IMG/VR virus record: IMGVR_UViG_3300028844_004047
Coordinates: 16,350 to 80,349 of that record
Source of the DNA: a virus
Direction: 5' to 3' (one strand)
Length of the DNA: 64,000 nt
Shown here: positions 59,007 to 64,000 of the stretch, one piece after another
Layout of the letters: each line of letters starts with the position of its first letter
Position numbering within the stretch: position 1 is the stretch's first letter
The notes under the pieces: generated by a model
Database searches by the model: none
The model's input: the letters and a program-made list of their open reading frames with translations, nothing else
Told to the model about the DNA's origin: nothing
Made by a program: the position numbers and the translations under genes

Positions 59007-59075
59007 CATTTGCCTAAATAAGACTGTAAAATATAAAAATAAACACGTCTCGCCGTGTATAACTAGGAGAAAAAA

Positions 59076-59762
59076 ATGAGTATAAGTGAAGAAATTAAAA
59101 ATCGTATCCAGGCTGATGGCTCTCGCTATTGGGCTGGAGACAATATTAGCAAGTATTTAGAAGAAGGTGATAAGCAAAAACTTATCGATGAACTTACACC
59201 TAAGTTTGAAGCAGTGCTAGACAGTTTGGTAATTGATAGAAACAATGATCCAAATAGTATGGACACTGGCAAACGTCTTGCTAAAATGTACATCAATGAA
59301 CTAATGGCAGGGCGTTACGAAGAAATGCCTAATGCAACTGCATTTCCCAATCATATTGAAAATGGTTATAAAGGTATGCTGGTAGTACGAAGTGAACTTA
59401 AAAGTGTTTGTTCGCATCATCACCAACCAGTAAGTGGAGTGGCATATATTGGAATCATTGCGGCAGAACATTTAATTGGTTTGTCTAAGTATACTAGGAT
59501 TGCACAATGGTGTGCAAGACGTGGTACATTACAAGAAGAACTTAATAATGTTATTGCTGATGAGATTCAAAAAGCAACTGGTAGTCCTAATGTAGGTGTA
59601 TACATTCAAGCAACACATGGTTGTTGTGAGAATAGAGGAATTATGGCACATAGTTCTTTAACACAGACAACTGTATTACGTGGTGCTTTTAATGAAGACA
59701 TGGGCACTAAAAAAGAGTTTATGGATAATATTAAACTACAACAGGAATTCGCTCCTAGATAG
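59076..59762 (+). CDS. folE: GTP cyclohydrolase I
   Basis: DTGKRLAKMY, SVCSHHHQP, IGLSKYTR, RRGTLQE, ATHGCCENRG. Confidence 0.95.
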   Translation: MSISEEIKNRIQADGSRYWAGDNISKYLEEGDKQKLIDELTPKFEAVLDSLVIDRNNDPNSMDTGKRLAKMYINELMAGRYEEMPNATAFPNHIENGYKGMLVVRSELKSVCSHHHQPVSGVAYIGIIAAEHLIGLSKYTRIAQWCARRGTLQEELNNVIADEIQKATGSPNVGVYIQATHGCCENRGIMAHSSLTQTTVLRGAFNEDMGTKKEFMDNIKLQQEFAPR

Positions 59763-59773
59763 GATTTTGAATA

Positions 59774-60085
59774 ATGTATAGACCACTACCAGACGGAATA
59801 ACTATTAAATCATCTGATGTGCAAGGCTTAGGATTATTTGCAACAAAAGATTTTGAAGCAGATATGGTACTAGGTATTGTCCATGTAATGAATAAGAACT
59901 TTCCACATGGTAGTATTCGAACTGCCTTAGGTGCTTTTTATAATCACTCAGAAGATCCAAATTGTAAAAATGTAAAAGGCTTTTGGCACCAAATACCAGT
60001 ATGTTACTTAATAACTACAAAGCCAATCAAAGCAGGTGATGAGTTAACTGCCAAATACACACTATATAAGGACTTTAATGATTAA
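59774..60085 (+). CDS. SET-domain protein (Lys methyltransferase-like)
   Basis: GLGLFATKD, FYNHSEDPNC, IKAGDELTAKY. Confidence 0.88.
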   Translation: MYRPLPDGITIKSSDVQGLGLFATKDFEADMVLGIVHVMNKNFPHGSIRTALGAFYNHSEDPNCKNVKGFWHQIPVCYLITTKPIKAGDELTAKYTLYKDFND

Positions 60086-60239
60086 AACAACAAAAACATC
60101 AAAAGATGATACAATGCACATTTATTCAGACGGATCTGTATTAATGGAAAAAGATCACCGTTGGTTACAAAATCATATGAAAAAGCAAAGACAAGTTAGA
60201 AAAACACTATCTAAGAAAAGAAAACCAATAAAGAAATAA
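60078..60239 (+). CDS. Small basic hypothetical protein (53 aa)
   Basis: AAGGA RBS; overlaps the SET gene stop. Confidence 0.45.
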   Translation: MIKTTKTSKDDTMHIYSDGSVLMEKDHRWLQNHMKKQRQVRKTLSKKRKPIKK

Positions 60240-60323
60240 TGGAATTATTAGGATTATTATTTGTAGGAGTTCCTGTTAGTGTGATTGCTATGTATTTTAT
60301 ATTCAAATTTATTAACATAACAG

Positions 60324-60647
60324 ATGAAGAGAATGACGATAGAACCAATAAAAGAAAAACTAGACGATAAAATTAAACAACTTAATTCTACAAGAGTCTT
60401 TAAGAAAGTAACACCTAAAGGAGATCTATCTTGGTATATTAAGTGGGCGGCTAGTTTCTTTATTCTTGTTGCCGTTGCGGCTAGAAGTGCCGGAACAGTA
60501 CCAGCAATAGATTTATGGTTTAGTCTAGTTGGCACAATAGGATGGTTTTGGGTTGGTATGCTTTGGCATGATAGAGCCTTAACTATGTTAAATGCTACAC
60601 TTACTACAATATTATTAATCGGTTTATTTACATATTACGGAGGTTAA
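60324..60647 (+). CDS. Small membrane protein (DUF6552-like)
   Basis: WYIKWAAS...GW.WVG.LWHDRAL..LN; related to 48303..48548. Confidence 0.7.
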   Translation: MKRMTIEPIKEKLDDKIKQLNSTRVFKKVTPKGDLSWYIKWAASFFILVAVAARSAGTVPAIDLWFSLVGTIGWFWVGMLWHDRALTMLNATLTTILLIGLFTYYGG

Positions 60648-60656
60648 ATATCATCT

Positions 60657-60881
60657 ATGCCAATACCAGAAAGAGTTTATGTTCCTAGTGAACAACCAGA
60701 ATCCCCAAAAGGGATAGTACCAGCCAGCAAAGATCCAGGCAAGGGCCATTTTTATGTCAGTTTGGTCAAAAGTGTTTTAAGAATAGGCGCAGGAGGATCA
60801 CTCCTCTATGGAAACCTGTTGTTGGCTGGTGCACTTTTTATTGTTGCCGAATTACTTGGCATCTTAGAAGAAATAGTATAG
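60657..60881 (+). CDS. Small membrane protein
   Basis: GGAGG RBS; HFYVSLVKS.LRI...AELLGILEEIV. Confidence 0.7.
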   Translation: MPIPERVYVPSEQPESPKGIVPASKDPGKGHFYVSLVKSVLRIGAGGSLLYGNLLLAGALFIVAELLGILEEIV

Positions 60882-60888
60882 AGGATAT

Positions 60889-61377
60889 ATGTTGAAAGAT
60901 TATCAAGGAAAGGTAGATAACTTCTTTAGGTGGATTAAAGGAACCGAACTAGTTGAACTACATGATATTGACGTAACAGAAGATCCTGTAAGACCAAATT
61001 TAGATTTAAATTTTAGAACTACTTATGGTCGAAAGATATATGGATTGAAATACGAAGATACTATTGAAGGTATCGTTTGTGTGGCGTTTACTAATGAAGT
61101 ACCAGTTACTGAAAAGGAATTGGAACTAATGAGTAAGACTGCCGAATTAGAAAACAATCCTACAATAGCAATAGCCTACACAGTATGGTCTCGCAAGAGA
61201 GGTGCTGGTAGAGAAATTATATTCAAATTAAAAGAATATATAGAAAAAGATTTGTTACACATTAAACGTGTAGTAACATTGAGTCCATTGACACCAATGG
61301 CAACACATTTTCATATTAAAAATGGTGCTAAATTAATGACCATTAATTCAACAACACAAAATTTTGAATACAAATAA
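60889..61377 (+). CDS. GNAT-fold protein
   Basis: EDPVRP...AIAYTVWS.KRGAGR.II...VTLSP.T.MA..FH.KNGA. Confidence 0.6.
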   Translation: MLKDYQGKVDNFFRWIKGTELVELHDIDVTEDPVRPNLDLNFRTTYGRKIYGLKYEDTIEGIVCVAFTNEVPVTEKELELMSKTAELENNPTIAIAYTVWSRKRGAGREIIFKLKEYIEKDLLHIKRVVTLSPLTPMATHFHIKNGAKLMTINSTTQNFEYK

Positions 61378-61418
61378 TATGATTAACTATAACATAACAT
61401 ACACCACGGAGGAAACTT

Positions 61419-62027
61419 ATGTTTAATTTTAAGAACGTAGATAAAACTATGCTTATGAAACTTGTAGCACTGCACGTTATTGTGATTACAGTATCAAATG
61501 CATTAGTGGCAATACCAGTAGAAATATTTGGTGTTAAATTAACCTGGGCGGCATTTACTTTCCCATTAGTTGTTATTGCAACAGACTTAACAGTTAGATT
61601 GTTAGGTAAAGAGATTGCAAGGTCAACTATCGCGGCGGCATATCCATTAGCAATTATTGGATCTATCGCAGTTGTATTGGCAGAAGGTGCACCTGGATCA
61701 GTTGCATTAAGAATTGGTTTTGCAAGTGCTACAGCATATGCAATTGGTACAATGCTTGACGTTTATGTATTCCAATACATTAGAGAAGCATTTAAAAACA
61801 ATTGGTGGTTAGCACCAGCAGTATCAACTGTTGCGGCAAACATTATTGATACTTACACATTCTTTGCAGTTGCGTTTAATAACAGTGCTGATGAATATAT
61901 GGCGGCAAACTGGATTGAAATTGCAGGTTCTCAAACTGTACTTAAAATCGCAGTAGGTTTGTTAGTATTCTTACCAGCATATGGTATTTTACTAAACCAA
62001 CTACAAAAGAAGTACAAGTTAAAATAA
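61419..62027 (+). CDS. yhhQ: Queuosine-precursor (preQ0/preQ1) transporter, YhhQ/QPTR family
   Basis: SNALV..P, TWAAFTFP....TDLTVR.LG...AR, RIGFASATAY, LDVYVF, WWLAP..ST...N.IDT..FF..AF, FLPAYG; GGAGG RBS. Confidence 0.92.
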   Translation: MFNFKNVDKTMLMKLVALHVIVITVSNALVAIPVEIFGVKLTWAAFTFPLVVIATDLTVRLLGKEIARSTIAAAYPLAIIGSIAVVLAEGAPGSVALRIGFASATAYAIGTMLDVYVFQYIREAFKNNWWLAPAVSTVAANIIDTYTFFAVAFNNSADEYMAANWIEIAGSQTVLKIAVGLLVFLPAYGILLNQLQKKYKLK

Positions 62028-62054
62028 CTTAACAGTTATCGGTAACTTGAAATT

Positions 62055-62083
62055 AAAAGCGAGGCTTCGGTCTCGCTTTTTTT
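62055..62083 (+). terminator. Intrinsic terminator closing the polB-yhhQ region
   Basis: AAAAGCGAGGC-TTCG-GTCTCGCTTTTTTT. Confidence 0.92.
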
Positions 62084-62150
62084 ATGGGCCTAGGTTGACA
62101 ATATGAATAATTCCTGTATAATATAACATTAGAACAACATAAAGGAACAT

Positions 62151-62378
62151 ATGCTAGAAAGTTTAAAAACAAGTTTTATGGTTAGATCTCGTCCTAATAC
62201 TAGATTAAAGACTTTTAATATAGATTATGTTAGGGCAATTAGTAAAGAAGGTGCTATTAAAGACATTAATAATACAATATTAGCAAGAGGTCACACTATT
62301 ATTGACGTTTTAGAGCCGGGAGAAGAAGCCTACGGGCTTTCAAAGAAGGATATTCAAGCACTTTTTAGGGCAAAATAA
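62151..62378 (+). CDS. Hypothetical early protein
   Basis: Promoter TTGACA 62095/TATAAT 62117, AAGGA RBS. Confidence 0.65.
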   Translation: MLESLKTSFMVRSRPNTRLKTFNIDYVRAISKEGAIKDINNTILARGHTIIDVLEPGEEAYGLSKKDIQALFRAK

Positions 62379-62393
62379 TAAAAAAAGATTAAA

Positions 62394-62485
62394 GACCCTT
62401 GATTTATAAGGGTTTTTTTATGGGTAAAGTGGTTGACAGATTGACAAAAGGTGCTATTATAATAGTATAAGTTAAACAAAAGGAG
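62394..62485 (+). promoter_or_regulatory. Stem-loop plus early promoter cassette
   Basis: ACCCTT-GATTTAT-AAGGGT-TTTTTT hairpin, then GGTTGACA-16nt-TATTAT-AATAGTATAAGTTAAACAAAAGGAG. Confidence 0.7.
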
Positions 62486-62689
62486 ATGTATAAAACAATG
62501 AAAATAGCAATACAAACAGTAGCAGTATTTTTAATCTTTATGGGCCTAATGGCTATTGCAGGATCAGGTGGTGATTGTGATGGTAAATGTGGTGCTGGTA
62601 ATACTATTAGTGAAATGCTTATGATTATGTTTATTGGTATTTCAATGATGAGTACAGGTGGTTTTATTTTAATCAAAGGAGACAAATAA
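62486..62689 (+). CDS. Small two-TM early protein
   Basis: AIAGSGGDCDGKC between two TM helices. Confidence 0.65.
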   Translation: MYKTMKIAIQTVAVFLIFMGLMAIAGSGGDCDGKCGAGNTISEMLMIMFIGISMMSTGGFILIKGDK

Positions 62690-62690
62690 T

Positions 62691-62948
62691 ATGAACGTTC
62701 AAATGAAAAAAGACATCATGGGTATGTCATTAGCAGAACTTAATGCTTTAACAAATTTCGTTAATGAAGTTAAGGTTATTAATGCAAAATCAACACTGGA
62801 AGTTGGTATGAAAGTTAACATTGTACAAAAGACTAAGAAGACTCCAGGTACTATTACAAAAGTTAATCAAAAGAAATGTTTGGTTAAAATTGATGGTGCT
62901 ATTGGTACAATTTACACAGTTCCAATGCAAATGTTAGAGGCGGCTTAA
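62691..62948 (+). CDS. Small early protein, SH3/KOW-like
   Basis: LEVGMKV...GTITKVNQKKCLVK...YTVPMQML. Confidence 0.7.
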   Translation: MNVQMKKDIMGMSLAELNALTNFVNEVKVINAKSTLEVGMKVNIVQKTKKTPGTITKVNQKKCLVKIDGAIGTIYTVPMQMLEAA

Positions 62949-63118
62949 TGAAGAAAACATTTAAATGTACAGTGTGTAGTACCAAGTTTACACACAATAA
63001 GTCAGAAACACTAGTTGGTAAACTAGGTATTATTCCTGTAAACCTTTGCAAGAAGCATTTCAAGGCAGTCATGAAGCACGACGAACTATTGCTAAATGAC
63101 CACAGGAAGATGGCGTAA
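62948..63118 (+). CDS. Small Zn-ribbon-like protein (56 aa)
   Basis: FKCTVC...LCKKH; TAATG coupling at both ends. Confidence 0.6.
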   Translation: MKKTFKCTVCSTKFTHNKSETLVGKLGIIPVNLCKKHFKAVMKHDELLLNDHRKMA

Positions 63119-63327
63119 TGCAGGATGTAACTAAAGCCACAATGGAAGATTTAAGGGGAGAGTTAAACGACCTTAAATTAGGCTTAGGTGGAATTGGCAC
63201 AAAAGATATAATGTATATGCATGATATTGAAGATGAGATCGACTGGAGAATTGAGAACGGTTATGCTGATCTTACTCCAGAAGAGATTGAAGAAGAATTA
63301 GCAGAGAAGGAAGAAGTAAATGCTTAA
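63118..63327 (+). CDS. Small acidic protein
   Basis: TAATG coupling. Confidence 0.6.
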   Translation: MQDVTKATMEDLRGELNDLKLGLGGIGTKDIMYMHDIEDEIDWRIENGYADLTPEEIEEELAEKEEVNA

Positions 63328-63414
63328 CCAAGTTGTTTCATTCTTTTGGAAGGTTGTGTTTACAACATTCATCGTTTGGTTTATATTTTTTATGATTGGT
63401 TTAGGAGTAAGTTA

Positions 63415-64000
63415 ATGAATAAAAAGACAGCAGTTTTAGGAATGGTTAGTATGTTGGCTCTTACCGCTTGTGGCGGTGGAGGCGGAGGCGGGCCTGTGAA
63501 AATTACAACTCCAGTTCCAACTCCAGAACATCTTGGTACTATTGATTTTGGTTCATTAGCATCAAATAACGGAATACTTGCTAAAATCGTTAACGTTTCT
63601 AAAGATGGTGTAGCAAATGCTCAGGAAGTTGTTGGTATTTTTGAAGAAATTAATCAATTAGAAAAAGAAGTAGATACTACAGATTTTCATAAATTCCAAG
63701 TTACTATCGACGAAAGAACAATGACTTTAGATAAAGCATGGAATATGATACTAGGCTATAAAAAAGTTTATTACGATGGTAAAGAAGATTTTTGGCAAGG
63801 TATTGTAGAATCTAAAACTTTTGACGATGAAAAATCTAACTATATAGATTTAAAAGCCTTTGCACAAAATAATGATAAGATAGATTTTGAGAAAGTTGGT
63901 AACGGTGAAAAGTCAATCGATGATGTTAAAAAAGATATTGTTCCGATTGTAGAAGAACCAATTGTAGAAGAACCTGTTGAGGAAGAACCAATAGTTGAAG
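63415..64000 (+). CDS. Lipoprotein, 3' truncated by window
   Basis: AGGAG RBS; MNKKTAVLGMVSMLALTAC-GGGGGGG lipobox plus Gly linker; open to the window end with VEEP repeats. Confidence 0.75.
   Translation, partial: MNKKTAVLGMVSMLALTACGGGGGGGPVKITTPVPTPEHLGTIDFGSLASNNGILAKIVNVSKDGVANAQEVVGIFEEINQLEKEVDTTDFHKFQVTIDERTMTLDKAWNMILGYKKVYYDGKEDFWQGIVESKTFDDEKSNYIDLKAFAQNNDKIDFEKVGNGEKSIDDVKKDIVPIVEEPIVEEPVEEEPIVE

Noticed and set aside
61378-61418. preQ1 riboswitch upstream of yhhQ
   Set aside because: No stem-loop with an A-rich tail is visible in the 40-nt gap.
63470-64000. GGC/GGA and GTAGAAGAACC repeats as a CRISPR or DNA repeat
   Set aside because: They encode a Gly linker and VEEP repeats within a lipoprotein; no repeat-spacer structure.
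1-64000. Alternative genetic code (stop-codon reassignment)
   Set aside because: Conserved genes are full length in code 11 and TAA, TAG and TGA all terminate recognisable genes; the three breaks are frame changes, not in-frame stops.
1-64000. Cellular (bacterial) origin suggested by many housekeeping genes
   Set aside because: These genes are interspersed with tail/baseplate, lysis and T4-type replisome genes and late promoters, and composition and motif avoidance look uniform throughout.
1-64000. tRNA, rRNA, CRISPR array, IS or DGR elements
   Set aside because: No cloverleaf, rRNA, repeat-spacer array, transposase or reverse transcriptase was recognised by eye; tRNAscan-SE and cmscan would be needed to exclude them fully.

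Overview
AT-rich (about one-third G+C by eye), gene-dense, mostly + strand segment of a large T4-like (myovirus-type) bacteriophage genome. The host is probably a marine or aquatic alphaproteobacterium, inferred from the style of the Prs, SufT/IscA and entericidin proteins. Evidence for a phage: family-B DNA polymerase with sliding clamp and clamp loader, baseplate/tail-fibre proteins with the T4 gp9/gp10-type N-terminus, a GH108 endolysin with an overlapping spanin pair, PhoH, MazG, and two promoter classes (sigma70-type TTGACA..TATAAT early, (A)TAAATA late). Host-like genes include IF-1, an Fe-S assembly trio (Fdx, SufT, IscA), HtrA, Prs, RpiB, GroES, DnaJ, peptide deformylase, ClpA, peroxiredoxin, a PiT-like transporter and 2OG oxygenases. 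Main highlights: (1) a 7-deazaguanine locus next to the replisome genes (TGT/DpdA-like, QueD-like, FolE, YhhQ) interleaved with a glycosyltransferase and two NAD-dependent dehydrogenases, suggesting an undescribed glycosylated base; (2) apparent total absence of GCWGC and strong depletion of AGCT; (3) a late-promoter cluster of proteins with a T4-like capsid-targeting N-terminus carrying enzymatic cargo; (4) a DGQH(ParB-like)+HNH gene pair; (5) a DnaE fragment ending just before its catalytic motif; (6) an Arg/Leu-tRNA transferase-like + amidinotransferase pair; (7) three frame breaks, one from a 7-bp duplication in a tail fibre; (8) several structured intergenic RNA candidates. No tRNA, rRNA, CRISPR array or IS element was recognised. 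All calls come from motif recognition by eye; no database searches were run.
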